From the IMG/VR virus record IMGVR_UViG_3300036860_000214: a stretch of DNA of 64,000 nt; one strand, 5' to 3'. Numbering within the stretch: the stretch's first letter is position 1; each line of letters opens with the position of its first letter. A program made the translations under genes and the position numbers. Under the pieces are notes generated by a model. It saw nothing but the letters and a program-made list of their open reading frames with translations, searched no databases and was not told where the DNA came from. Below are positions 9,852 to 19,571 of the stretch, piece after piece. The stretch is from an uncultured virus (IMG/VR IMGVR_UViG_3300036860_000214) (lineage: Duplodnaviria; Heunggongvirae; Uroviricota; Caudoviricetes).

Positions 9852-10786
9852 CGCCTCACGACGGCGCCGAACTGGGCGAAGTGGGTCAGGAAGCAGGCCG
9901 GGTCAGGGCCGAGGTAGGCGAACACCGACCCGTGCGTCGAGGTGGTCGTCTTGGCGCGGCCGGCAGAGTCGAAGTCGATGCGGTGGTCGGTGAAGCACAA
10001 GGCATGGCCCCAAAGCGGCTGAAACCAGTCGGTGTCGGTGCAGTGGGCGTTGACCAGCGCGACTGCGGCGGTGACGTTGCCGGCCTGGCGCTCATCAACC
10101 AGCTTGGTGACGAACTCGCCGGCCAGCCGGCCGTAAGGCGGGTTCAGAAACACGCGGCCGCGCCAGGGGTGCGCCAGGCCGTCGTCGTGCTTGGTGAGGA
10201 TGCGGGTTGCCTTGACGATCTGGTTGGCCGCCTCGGATGAGGCTGGGTCGAGGTCGATGCCGCCGAGGACCTCGCGGGCGGCGTCCAGGTAGCGGACCGG
10301 GGTGTACCACTCGTTCTCGGTGGAGGCGACCAGCCGCGCGCCTGTCTCGCCGGGATAGGCGTAGGCCAGCACACCGTAGGTGGTGATCTCGCCTTCGCCA
10401 TCTGGGTCGTCCAGGACGGCGCGGATATAGCCCTCGAAGGTGGGCTCGGGAATGCGGGCGATCTCCTGCCAGCGGCGCGCCTCCCGTTCCTTCAGGCCGG
10501 CCTCTTTGACCGTGGCCTGATACTCGGAAATGGGGGCAACGTCGCCGCCATTTCCGGATGGCCGTCCGGCTTCACCGCGCTCCAGCGGCTCAAGCAAGTG
10601 GCCGCCTTTGCGCTTGCCCTGGAGCTTGGCGGCGGCGATGCGGTTCTGCTCCTCGTGCTGGAGCCCGACCTGCTTGGCCAGGGTGTGGAGCGCCTCGAGC
10701 TTGCCGACGACGGCGGCGACCTCGGGCACGGTCCGGGCCTGTTCGATGGCCTGGGCCTCGGCGGGTAGGGCGGCCAGCTCGGTCAC
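9839..10786 (-). CDS. Phage DNA N6-adenine methyltransferase with N-terminal helical extension
   Basis: NEWYTP...GGIDLDPAS...DDGLAHPWRGRVFLNPPYG. Confidence 0.9.
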   Translation of the reverse strand: MTELAALPAEAQAIEQARTVPEVAAVVGKLEALHTLAKQVGLQHEEQNRIAAAKLQGKRKGGHLLEPLERGEAGRPSGNGGDVAPISEYQATVKEAGLKEREARRWQEIARIPEPTFEGYIRAVLDDPDGEGEITTYGVLAYAYPGETGARLVASTENEWYTPVRYLDAAREVLGGIDLDPASSEAANQIVKATRILTKHDDGLAHPWRGRVFLNPPYGRLAGEFVTKLVDERQAGNVTAAVALVNAHCTDTDWFQPLWGHALCFTDHRIDFDSAGRAKTTTSTHGSVFAYLGPDPACFLTHFAQFGAVVRRWQP

Positions 10787-11043
10787 GAGGCCGCCTTTCC
10801 GGGGTCGACGGAGTTGAGAGCCTCGGCGAGTAGTTCGTTCGCCGGCTCAGTCAGCAGCTCATCGAGCGGCACGCCGAGGGCGTCGGCGAGGGCGCGCACA
10901 GTGGACAGCGGTGGCTCCTTCACCCCGCGCGTGCCCGTCTCGTAGTTCGAGATCGTCTTGCTGGTCAGACCGACGCGGCGTGCCAGCTCGTCCTGGCTCC
11001 AGCCCTTCGCCTCGCGTAGCTGCTTGACGCGCTGTCCGATCAA
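10783..11043 (-). CDS. XRE/Cro-CI HTH regulator heading the early operon
   Basis: RVKQLREAKGWSQDELARRVGLTSKTISNYETG...LADALGV. Confidence 0.9.
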   Translation of the reverse strand: MIGQRVKQLREAKGWSQDELARRVGLTSKTISNYETGTRGVKEPPLSTVRALADALGVPLDELLTEPANELLAEALNSVDPGKAAS

Positions 11044-11076
11044 GGGGGCTCCTTCGGTCTGCCACTTGGTAGACGC

Positions 11077-11157
11077 ACGCTAGAACAGCCGTGCTAGGCT
11101 GTCAAGGCGACAGCCGAAGATGGTTGGCCTTGACGGACAGTCCCACACCTGTATCAT
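11077..11157. promoter_or_regulatory. Divergent sigma70-type promoters and candidate operator (lysis/lysogeny switch)
   Basis: Leftward TTGACA-17-TAGCGT (11105-11077); rightward TTGACG-16-TATCAT (11130-11157); inverted repeat ACAGCC-N6-GGCTGT at 11085-11102 with further GACAGCCG half-sites. Confidence 0.7.
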
Positions 11158-11205
11158 CAGCACACGTGTTCCACTGACAGCCGGTCCAGCAAGGAGGACG
11201 ACGCG

Positions 11206-11631
11206 ATGGGAGCGCGAGAGTTCGGCCGCTTGGTCGAGCAAGCCATGGCCAAGAAGGAGATGTCTCAGGCCAGACTCGCCGTGCTGGTGGGCATCTTGCC
11301 GGAGGGCAGGGTGCTCAATGAGACCCAGATCCGCCGCATTCGTGAGGGCAGCCGGCGGCTTGACGAGGTGCTCGTCAGCCGGCTGATCGGCCTGCTCGAC
11401 CTCGACCCGGCCGAAGCCTGGCACGCGGCCGGGCTCTGGCCGCAAGGGCTCGACCCCGAGGATCTGCGAGACATCTCGGAACTACGGGCGGCCCGCCTGA
11501 CGGCGGCGAGTCGGGCCGCGTCGCCTGAGGGGGCTTCGCTCGCCGCCCCCATCTCTTCTTCGTCCGATCCTGAGGACCTTATGCGCGCTTGTGCGCCATC
11601 CGCAGGTCAGACCCTGCCTGAGGCGGCCTAA
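11206..11631 (+). CDS. HTH protein, probable immunity repressor
   Basis: FGRLVEQAMAKKEMSQARLA...QIRRIREGSRR; divergent from the XRE gene and upstream of the integrase. Confidence 0.65.
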   Translation: MGAREFGRLVEQAMAKKEMSQARLAVLVGILPEGRVLNETQIRRIREGSRRLDEVLVSRLIGLLDLDPAEAWHAAGLWPQGLDPEDLRDISELRAARLTAASRAASPEGASLAAPISSSSDPEDLMRACAPSAGQTLPEAA

Positions 11632-12704
11632 TGCCGGTCGCGCTTGTCCCCCTTGTGGCCGACACGCAATCGGCAGAACTAGGGAGCCTCGTGACGTTTC
11701 GGCCGCCTGGGGCGTATACCACATTGCGCGCAGCCGCATGGGGGGGGATGCGGATGACGGTCCCATCCGCACGGACAGCCTGGAAGCTCTACGAGGAAGA
11801 TCTGGCGCTCGGCCGCCTCGGCAAGCGCCGCCGCCCCAAGACCATCGCCGGCTACCAGTTCGTCATACTGGACTTCTGGGCCTATATCCACCCGATCCCC
11901 TGGACCCACATCACCCCCGGGGACCTGGACCGCTACCTCTGCCGTCCCGCCCGCCAGGGAGGCCGCCGGCCCGGCGCCCCCCTGGCGCCGAACTCCCGCT
12001 CGCTGTACTCCGGCGCGATCTGCGCGTTCTACGACTGGTCGGTCCAGCGCAAACTGCTGAAGCGCAACCCCTTGGAGGGAGTGCGGCCGGAGCCGAAAGT
12101 CGAGCCGCCCGCGCGGGGGCTGGAGCTGGAGCAGATCGGGGCGCTGCTGGCCGCCACCGCCCACCGCCCCCGCACCCACCTCGCGGTCGCGCTGGCGTTC
12201 TTCGCGCTGCTACGAAGTGGGGAGATCAGCCGGTTGCGGGTCGAGGACGTCGACCTCCGCGCCGGCGTCATGGTGATCCACGGCAAGGGCGGCGCCATCG
12301 ACGCGATCCCGGTCCACTTCCGGCTGCGGCCCCTGCTGGCCCGGTTCCTGGACGGCCGGCCACCGACCGGGCCGGTGATCGAGTCGCTGACCCAACCCGG
12401 CCGCCACGTCAGCTCGAGAACGGTGTCGCGGCTGATCGGCCAGGCGATGGTCGACCTCGGCTGGTCGGAATCGGCCCATGTGCTTCGCCACTCGGCTGCC
12501 TACCTCATTTTGGAGGCGACCGGCAACGTGTACGCGGTGTCGCGGTTGCTGCGCCACCGTCGGCTGAGCAGTACCGAGAGGTACGTGCGTCTCTTCGACC
12601 GGCGGCTCGCCGCCGACCTGGCCCGCCTGCCCGACCCGCGGCATGGCGACCCGGCCCGGCCCGACCCGCGTCGGGGTGGGTCGCGGGAGGTGCCGCATGG
12701 CTGA
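11631..12704 (+). CDS. int: Tyrosine recombinase/integrase, XerC/D-sized (start may be nearer 11748)
   Basis: Catalytic R (LLRSGEI), K (HGKGG), HxLRH (HVLRHS), LLRH and Y (TERYV). Confidence 0.92.
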   Translation: MPVALVPLVADTQSAELGSLVTFRPPGAYTTLRAAAWGGMRMTVPSARTAWKLYEEDLALGRLGKRRRPKTIAGYQFVILDFWAYIHPIPWTHITPGDLDRYLCRPARQGGRRPGAPLAPNSRSLYSGAICAFYDWSVQRKLLKRNPLEGVRPEPKVEPPARGLELEQIGALLAATAHRPRTHLAVALAFFALLRSGEISRLRVEDVDLRAGVMVIHGKGGAIDAIPVHFRLRPLLARFLDGRPPTGPVIESLTQPGRHVSSRTVSRLIGQAMVDLGWSESAHVLRHSAAYLILEATGNVYAVSRLLRHRRLSSTERYVRLFDRRLAADLARLPDPRHGDPARPDPRRGGSREVPHG

Positions 12705-13122
12705 TCTCAGCGAGCTGGGTCCACCGCCGAACCCGACCCGGGTCGTCGCCAACCCCGAGTTCGACAACTGGGTCGAGCGGGCCGCGATCCTGCTGTGCAT
12801 CGAGGCGCATGAGGCCGACGGCATCCCCTGCCTCGACCACCTGCACCAAGCCCGCCAGGAAGCACACACGGTGCGGCTGCGCATCTCCGACCCGCGCCAG
12901 CGCGCCACCAAGGAGCGCTGACCATGCCCGACGACCTCACGGCAGCAGGGACCGTGTTCTACCAGCAGTGGCCCATCATCGGCGGCCAGATCCGTGTCGA
13001 GATCCGCACCTCGCGGACCCTGCTCGGCGACGAGTTCATTGAGGTCGGCAAGGTCATGGGCGAGGTCGAGCGCCTCGCCGACATGCTCGCCGGCGGCGGC
13101 CCCGAGGCTGAGGACTCCTGAC

Positions 13123-13359
13123 ATGCCGTCCAGACGGGTCGACCCGGCCAGCGACCGGCCCCGCTACCTGCGAACCAGCCAGGTCGCGGAGCTGCTGAGC
13201 GTGTCGCGGGAGACGGTCACCCGCTGGGCCGCCGCCGGCAAGCTCCCGGTCATGAAGACCCTCGGCGGCCACCGCCGCTTCCCGGAGGCGGAGATCCTGG
13301 CGCTGCTCGAGAAGCTGACCCACACGTCCGAGTGGGACACGAGGAGGCTGCATCCATGA
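13123..13359 (+). CDS. BldC-like/excisionase-family MerR-type HTH protein
   Basis: LRTSQVAELLSVSRETVTRWAAAGKLPVMKTLGGHRRFPEAEILALL. Confidence 0.85.
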   Translation: MPSRRVDPASDRPRYLRTSQVAELLSVSRETVTRWAAAGKLPVMKTLGGHRRFPEAEILALLEKLTHTSEWDTRRLHP

Positions 13360-15763
13360 CCGGTCCGGAGTTGGACCTGCTGGAGGGTGGCGGCGGCAAT
13401 GCCGACCTGTACGCCGGCCTGCTGCGCGGCGGCGGCCGGGCCGTGCATGCCAGCCGCTGCGAGAACCCCTATGGGCAGTTCGGCCGCGCCCCGTTCATGG
13501 TGACCGCGGCCGCCGACTACGTGAGCCGCCTGGCCGTTCAGGCCAGGACCAAGGCCCGCGGCCAGTTGATCGGCAAGGTCGACTATCAGCGCTACTACGC
13601 CCTGCGGGTACCCCGGTGACCGCGACCCGCCGCGTCAAGGTCGCCTGCGCCGGCCTGCCCCGTACCTGAGAGGACACCTGATGCTCGACCCGAAGGGCCA
13701 AGCTCTCGAAGAGATCAAGGAGCGCGCCAGCGAATTGGAGGACGTGAGCTACCAGCTCGTCCAGCTCGCCGACCTCGGCTACGAGTGGGTTCGCCCCTAC
13801 GTCGTGAAGGTGCGCCGCCTGATCGATGACCTCTTTGCGGAGGCTGAGGACAAGCTGGGACCGGACCCGCAGGACGTGGCCGAAGCCGCCTACGAGCGTT
13901 CGCTGGAGCTGGGCTGATGACCGAGCACTTCACCGCCGGGAATCCAACCTTCCACCGTCACCACAGCCCGGTCGTCGGCTTCGCCCCGCTCGACCACGGC
14001 CATGATGGTGGTGACCTGAACCACGGCCACGGCGACCTCGGGTATGTGTGCTCGGCCAAGATCCCCGACGAGCGTGGCGAGCGCATCACCGCCGCCTTCG
14101 TCGACCCTTGCCGGAGTTCCTACCTCGAAGCCATCGACCACGAGCGGGGGTACGGCGCCTGATGGGGGTCGAGCGCTCCACTACCGGGAACCGCCCACCG
14201 CGCGTCAAGGTCGCCTGCGCCGGCCTCCCGGTCGTGACCCGCGGTCGGGAGGACCCGACCGACTATGACGAGCTGCCGTCGTGCGGCTGGTCGGGGGAGC
14301 GCGCCGCCGGCCCGGGTGCCACCCGTCGCCCCTGCAAGCAATGCGGCGGACGGGTCGAGCTGGTCGGGCGCACCCCGGACCCGACCCTGGACCTGGTCGC
14401 CCGGAGGAGGCTGCACGGATGATGCGTACCCCGCCAACACCGCCGAAGCAGGCCATCGACCGGGGTCACCGGCCCGAGTGGGACCCGCCCGCCGCCCTCA
14501 CTGCCGCGGAGCGATGGACCTGTCCCTACTGTGGTGATGCGGTCCTTCGGTACGGCAACGTCATCTACGGCTCCGCGACCGAGCGGGACTGCCCGGCCCG
14601 AGTCGCTGAGGCGGTGGCGCCGTGACCCCGCGACCCTGCACCTGGCCTGACGGCGGACGGGGCGTCCCATGACCGAGATGCGGGGCAACTGGGAAGACGA
14701 CCGATCCACGCTCGGCTGGGTCCGCATGCCGTTCGAGCGGACCTGCCATCTCTGCCGCCGCGGTGTCATGCACACCAAGGCCGAGCACGACCTGGTGTAC
14801 CCGGCCGACCGGGAGGCCCTGCTCGACTGGGAGCGGGAGGAGGAGCGGCGACAGGCCAAGGCGGACGAGGAGCTGCTGGAGCGGTTCATCGCTGATGGCA
14901 TGACCGAGGACGAGGCCGCCGACGAGCTGTGGCGGTGGATGGCGCAGGGCCGGGGCCTGGTCGAGCCGGGGCCGCGACCGTGACCGAGCAGGCGACCCGT
15001 GACCTGCCCCAGCCCGAGCCGGAGAAGAGGTATCGGACGCCTTCACAGGAGGCGCGCTGCGCGCCGGGTGGCCGCCGCTGCGACCACCCGCCGGTCGCCG
15101 ACATATTCCGAGGTTCCTACCGGCCCCGCTGGTACGGCATCTGCGCCGACCATCTCCGCAGGCTCAACCGCGAGGTTCGCGACGGGCGGGTCTGGTGGCT
15201 GGGCTACCCGGAGGGCGAGGGCTGATGCTCGAGGGCGCCGCGATCCTGCTGGCCGGCATGGTGCTCGGCCACTGGCTGAGTCGCCGCATCCTGAACCTGC
15301 GGCTGCGGGGCCTCGGCAAGCTGCCACCCAAGCCGGTGTGCTCGTGCAAGCACGCGCCGAGCTTCCACGACCCGAAGACCAAGCACTGCCATTACCGGTG
15401 GAAGGCGCAGGTGAACCTCATCGACACCTGGGTGACGTGCGACTGCCGCCGCTACGACGGCCCAGAGCCGCTGCCGGAGTTCTACGCCCCGGAGCTCAAC
15501 CCATGAGGCGCGTCCTAGTCGTCCTGCTCGGCCTCGGCCTGGCCGAGCTCAGTGGTGCCGCCGACCGGGATCGGCCCCCCGTCCCGGCGGCGGCGCCTTC
15601 CCTCATCACCGGCCACGAGTTCGAGCCGTGGCGGTACGAGAGCGGCAAGGTGATCTGCCAGTACTGGGACCCGGCCCACCCCACGCGGGGGATCTGCGAC
15701 CGGCCTAAGAGCGAGCACGCCCGGGTCCCGATCGACGAGGAGGCCGCTCAGGCCGATTCGTGA
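13356..15763 (+). other. Run of small coupled hypothetical genes (e.g. 13681-13917, 13917-14162, 14669-14983, 15225-15506)
   Basis: Short, often Cys-rich ORFs with stop/start overlaps. Confidence 0.5.
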
Positions 15764-16320
15764 GTCCGGTCGTACATGCGGTACAGGGTCGGGGTGAACC
15801 CGGCCAGGTGCCAGCCCCACGGCCCCTCCAGCGCGGCGGCCAGAGTGGCGTCGCCGGCGGCGCCAAGCTGGAACGCCAGATGCCGCAGGCCATGCAGGAG
15901 CACGTCCCAGTGGCGCACTTCCGGGGCCTCGGCGGCGCCGTGGGTGGGCGGCTTGCCGACCGCCTGGGCGACCCGGGTGCTGACCGGTCGGGCCTCCGGC
16001 CAGCGTGACCGCACAGAACCGGCGCAGCGGATGACGGCCATGTAGGTGAGCACGGCTGCGGCGCCGTCGACCCGCGAGGACGTCTGGTGCAGCAGGGCGG
16101 TGTCGCCGAGCATCTGGTTGCGGATGAGCTCCAGCTCGAGGTCGGCATGGGGGTCGCCGTCGGCGGCGATGGGTGGGGTGGCCAGCGGCCAGGTGCCGGT
16201 GAGTAGCCAGATGCCCTGCTCATCGGCGGCCAGTGGCCAGACCTCGGCGGTGACGTGCATGAGTCGGGACGGTTCGGGCGGGCTACCGTGCTGCCAGCGG
16301 TCGAGTTCGGTCGCGGACAT
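15748..16320 (-). CDS. Degenerate NUDIX-like fold protein
   Basis: VTAEVWPLAADEQGIWLL...LLHQTSSRVD...VLTYMAV; no intact Nudix box. Confidence 0.45.
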   Translation of the reverse strand: MSATELDRWQHGSPPEPSRLMHVTAEVWPLAADEQGIWLLTGTWPLATPPIAADGDPHADLELELIRNQMLGDTALLHQTSSRVDGAAAVLTYMAVIRCAGSVRSRWPEARPVSTRVAQAVGKPPTHGAAEAPEVRHWDVLLHGLRHLAFQLGAAGDATLAAALEGPWGWHLAGFTPTLYRMYDRTHESA

Positions 16321-16322
16321 GG

Positions 16323-16637
16323 CTACTGCTCCTTCCGTGCGTCCAGCGCAGCCTGCAAGAGCTGGGACGCGCGCTGGCGGGACCGTGGCTGCGACCGGCT
16401 GATGCGGCTGGCCAGCTCGGTCAGGCTCATCTCCTCGCTTGACCAGATCCGCTCGACCTGCTCGGCGCGGAGCCGGCTGGCCTGCTCGTCGTAGACCTTG
16501 CGGACGCCGGTGGCCAGTTCGTCGGCGCGGTCGAACGCCTCCTGCGGGTCGCTGATGTTCTCGATGATGGCGGCTGCCTCCTCGTAGGCCCGTCGAATTG
16601 CGTCCAGGGCCTGGGCGACTGCCTGCTCGCCGGTCAT
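16323..16637 (-). CDS. Small regulator with C-terminal HTH
   Basis: LRAEQVERIWSSEEMSLTELASRI..SRQRASQLL; divergent from the 16740-19484 operon. Confidence 0.6.
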   Translation of the reverse strand: MTGEQAVAQALDAIRRAYEEAAAIIENISDPQEAFDRADELATGVRKVYDEQASRLRAEQVERIWSSEEMSLTELASRISRSQPRSRQRASQLLQAALDARKEQ

Positions 16638-16669
16638 ACGACCAGTGTATGTAGTCTGTAAATAGGCCC

Positions 16670-16722
16670 TTGCATGCGCCCATGTTCCACCGTATGCTGC
16701 CCGAGTGCAAGTACCCCTTGCA
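16670..16722 (+). promoter_or_regulatory. Promoter and palindromic operator of the accessory operon
   Basis: TTGCAT-17-TATGCT followed by TGCAAG-N5-CTTGCA. Confidence 0.55.
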
Positions 16723-17067
16723 CACTAGGAAGGGGAGCCATGGACATGGGCTGGGCGGGCCTGTCCCCGGCCGAGCAGCAGACGGCCATCTACGGCGGCG
16801 TCATCGGGTTCGGCTCGGCCATGGCGACCTACGCGCTGTTCGGGTACCGCTGGCTGCGTCGCCAGTGGCGTACCCGCAAGCGCCGCAAGACCCGGACCAA
16901 GGGGCGGCGTTGATGCGCGGCTACGTCTGCACCGGCTGCGGCCTCCGGTATGAGTGTCGCGGGGATGCACGAGCCTGCGCCCAGGGCGATCGCCGCGAGC
17001 GGCAACGCCGCTGGCGGGGGCAGGTTCCTAACCGACCGCAGTATCGCGGGTGGGGATGGCGCCGCCG

Positions 17068-17754
17068 ATGACGCCCGACCGTCCCCGGAGCGCCGGCACG
17101 ACCTCGGCGCTGCTGCTGATCGTGCTGCTGGCCGCCGACCTCCGCGGCCTGGTCGACGTCGGCGCGGTGGCCGGCGGGGTCGTGCATCTGGGTGGCGCGG
17201 TTGCCGTCGGGGTGCTGGACGGCTACGACGCCGTGCTGGCCAGCGCCTGGCCATCTACGCCGCCGAAGGCCAAGCGCCGCCGCCGGCGGGCCAAGGTTGT
17301 ACGGTCGGATTCGCCGCCGCCGAACTCACCAACCTCTGCCGGCATCCCCCCCACCTACCTGCGCCTGTACCGGGAGGCAGGCGCAGGTGAGCGGTGGTGC
17401 ACCCAGGCCGGCGACTGCTACGACGCCTGGGCCGTGCTGGCCAGCATCGGCAACATCGAAAGCGTCCACGGTCAGTCCCGGGCCCCGGGGGTGCGGTCGG
17501 GCGTCAACGCCTTCGGCTGCTGCGCCGGCCCGATGCAGTTCAACCTCCGCAACGGCCCGCCGTCGACCTGGGACACCTGGGGCCGCGGCAACGTGTACGA
17601 CCCGCGCGATGCCATCCCCGCGGCCGCGCGGAAGCTGCGGGGCGACGGCGCCCGCCGCGACCTCGACGGCGCCCTGCTCGCCTACAACGCGAGCTGGGGC
17701 TACGTGAACGATGTCAAGGCGCAAGCGCGCCGCTACCACCAGCAAGGAGCGTGA
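17068..17754 (+). CDS. Membrane-anchored lytic transglycosylase (SLT-like)
   Basis: IPPTYLRLYREAG...WAVLASIGNIESVHG...AGPMQF...YDPRDAIPAAARKL...ALLAYN. Confidence 0.85.
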   Translation: MTPDRPRSAGTTSALLLIVLLAADLRGLVDVGAVAGGVVHLGGAVAVGVLDGYDAVLASAWPSTPPKAKRRRRRAKVVRSDSPPPNSPTSAGIPPTYLRLYREAGAGERWCTQAGDCYDAWAVLASIGNIESVHGQSRAPGVRSGVNAFGCCAGPMQFNLRNGPPSTWDTWGRGNVYDPRDAIPAAARKLRGDGARRDLDGALLAYNASWGYVNDVKAQARRYHQQGA

Positions 17755-17757
17755 TCC

Positions 17758-18225
17758 ATGCCGCATTCTTCCCAGACCTACGACCCCGGGGGCCGTCCCG
17801 CCGGTGGTCGCCTCGGTCGCCTCGGCGTGCGCCGCAACCAGCTCACCGGTGCGCTGGCGCTGGTCATCGGCGGCCTGGTGATGATGACCCTTGGCCCCGG
17901 CCGCGGCCTGCTCGTCCTCGGCCTGACCTGGGTGCTGGTGCGCTTCCTGGCCAGCCACCGCGACGACGGCGGCCGCCGCCAGCAGGTCCGGTCCATGGTC
18001 GAGTACGCCGCCGTGGCGGCGCTGGTGGTCGCGGTGCTGACCGCCATGCCGGCGCCCGCCCCGCCCAAGGCCAAGGCGCCGCCCCGCCGGCCAGCAGCCA
18101 CTGAGCGCGCCCAGGTCGACCCGTGGGGCATGTGGCGCACCCGCTGGGACAAGTTCGTCGACCGGGTCAGCACCAAGGCGCCCGTCATCCAGTTCGGCAC
18201 CGACGCCAAGGAAGGCCACCGATGA
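17758..18225 (+). CDS. Membrane protein
   Basis: Three hydrophobic segments. Confidence 0.6.
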   Translation: MPHSSQTYDPGGRPAGGRLGRLGVRRNQLTGALALVIGGLVMMTLGPGRGLLVLGLTWVLVRFLASHRDDGGRRQQVRSMVEYAAVAALVVAVLTAMPAPAPPKAKAPPRRPAATERAQVDPWGMWRTRWDKFVDRVSTKAPVIQFGTDAKEGHR

Positions 18226-18271
18226 TCTCCGGTCATGTAATTACGCCGCTGTGCTTCCTGGGAGGCCGCTG

Positions 18272-19045
18272 ATGTGGTCGTCGCTCCCCTCCAACCTGCG
18301 CGCCGTGCTCGGCACCGCGCTGTTGCTCGGCATCGGCGTTGCCGTCGCCGCGTTCGCCCTGTCGTTCTTCGCGCTGCGCGCGGCCGCCTCCAACCCCGCA
18401 CTCGGCTGGGGCGCCAACCACGCCTGGCTGTTCCCCATCGGCATCGACATGGCGCTGGTGTTCTTCGAGGTGCTGCTGATCGGCGCCTCGATGGTCCGCA
18501 TCCACGACAAGAACGGCGACGTCGTCCCATACCCGCGGGTGATCCCGTTCGCGCTGGTGCTGGCCGCCGGCGCCGCCACCCTGTATTTCAACGCCGAGCG
18601 AGTTCCCGAGCAGGTCCGACCGGTCGCGCTGGCGGTCCCGGTCGCGTCCATCCTGGTCACCCTCGGCCTGGCGTACCTGCTCAAGATGCTCGCGGCGGCG
18701 TCCGGCGTCGAGGCGATCCACCTGGCGCCACCGACCGCCAACCCGCGACCGATCGTCCGGTCGTCCGACATCCTGCACGCCGATGCCGTGCGGGTGCCGG
18801 TGGGGGAGATGCCAACGTCAGATAGGTCGAGAACCGGGGCAAACCGGACAGTGGGGGAGCGGCCTGGTGGGGGAGAGCGCGGCGCCACGACCCGGGCCAT
18901 CGAGGCGGTCGTGGCCGACCTCGACCCGACCGAGCTGACCGAGATCGGCGACCAGGGTGTGGTCGGGTTGGTCGAGGAGCGGTATGGGTTGCTGACCACG
19001 CCCGGCTACGTCAACAAGGTGCGCCGCAACGGGGCGCACACATGA
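18272..19045 (+). CDS. DUF2637/SpdA-like four-TM protein
   Basis: AFALSFFALRAAA...AWLFPIGIDMAL; four TM helices plus C-terminal tail. Confidence 0.7.
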   Translation: MWSSLPSNLRAVLGTALLLGIGVAVAAFALSFFALRAAASNPALGWGANHAWLFPIGIDMALVFFEVLLIGASMVRIHDKNGDVVPYPRVIPFALVLAAGAATLYFNAERVPEQVRPVALAVPVASILVTLGLAYLLKMLAAASGVEAIHLAPPTANPRPIVRSSDILHADAVRVPVGEMPTSDRSRTGANRTVGERPGGGERGATTRAIEAVVADLDPTELTEIGDQGVVGLVEERYGLLTTPGYVNKVRRNGAHT

Positions 19046-19235
19046 CCGCGCGGCGCGGCACGTTCCGCAGCCGCTTCACCGACACCGAATGGGCGATCTA
19101 CAAGGCCGGCAGGTGCTGCTGGCAGACCGCCTACGGCACGCCGCACATCAGGTACTGCCGCAAGCGCAGCAAGCGGGGTCAGCGATTCGGGTTCTGCGCC
19201 CAGCACGACCGCGAACTGGTCGAGGGGCGTGGCTG

Positions 19236-19484
19236 ATGGGGCCACTGCTGCCCGTCGAGATCCAGCCTTGGTACGAGCAGGCGGCCTGCCGTGGTACTAA
19301 CGCCGACTGCTTCTTTCCCGAGAAGGGCGGCAGCACCCGGGCCGCCAAGCGGATCTGCCAGACCTGCCAGGTGACGGCCGAGTGCCTGGACTACGCGCTC
19401 GACAACGACGAGCGGTTCGGCATCTGGGGCGGCCTGTCCGAGCGCGAACGGCGGCGGCTCAAGCGGCGCCATCGGGTGGCGTAG
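19236..19484 (+). CDS. whiB: WhiB-family Fe-S transcription factor, close to WhiB/WhiB2
   Basis: AACRG...FFPEKGGSTRAAKRICQTC...CLDYALDNDERFGIWGGLSERERRRLKR. Confidence 0.95.
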   Translation: MGPLLPVEIQPWYEQAACRGTNADCFFPEKGGSTRAAKRICQTCQVTAECLDYALDNDERFGIWGGLSERERRRLKRRHRVA

Positions 19485-19510
19485 GATGCCGCTGTCCCCG
19501 CGTTCCCCGC

Positions 19511-19538
19511 GTTCCCCATAAATTTGATTATGTCAACC
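19511..19538. other. dif-like XerC/XerD recombination site
   Basis: GTTCCCCATAA-ATTTGA-TTATGTCAACC, an 11-6-11 arrangement forming an AT-rich intergenic island. Confidence 0.75.
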
Positions 19539-19571
19539 AACCGGACGTATCCGACAGCAGAAGGATAGCAC

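Noticed and set aside
9462..10786. Type II restriction-modification pair
   Set aside because: Orphan methyltransferases and small PD-(D/E)xK proteins are routine in phage early operons; nothing shows they are cognate
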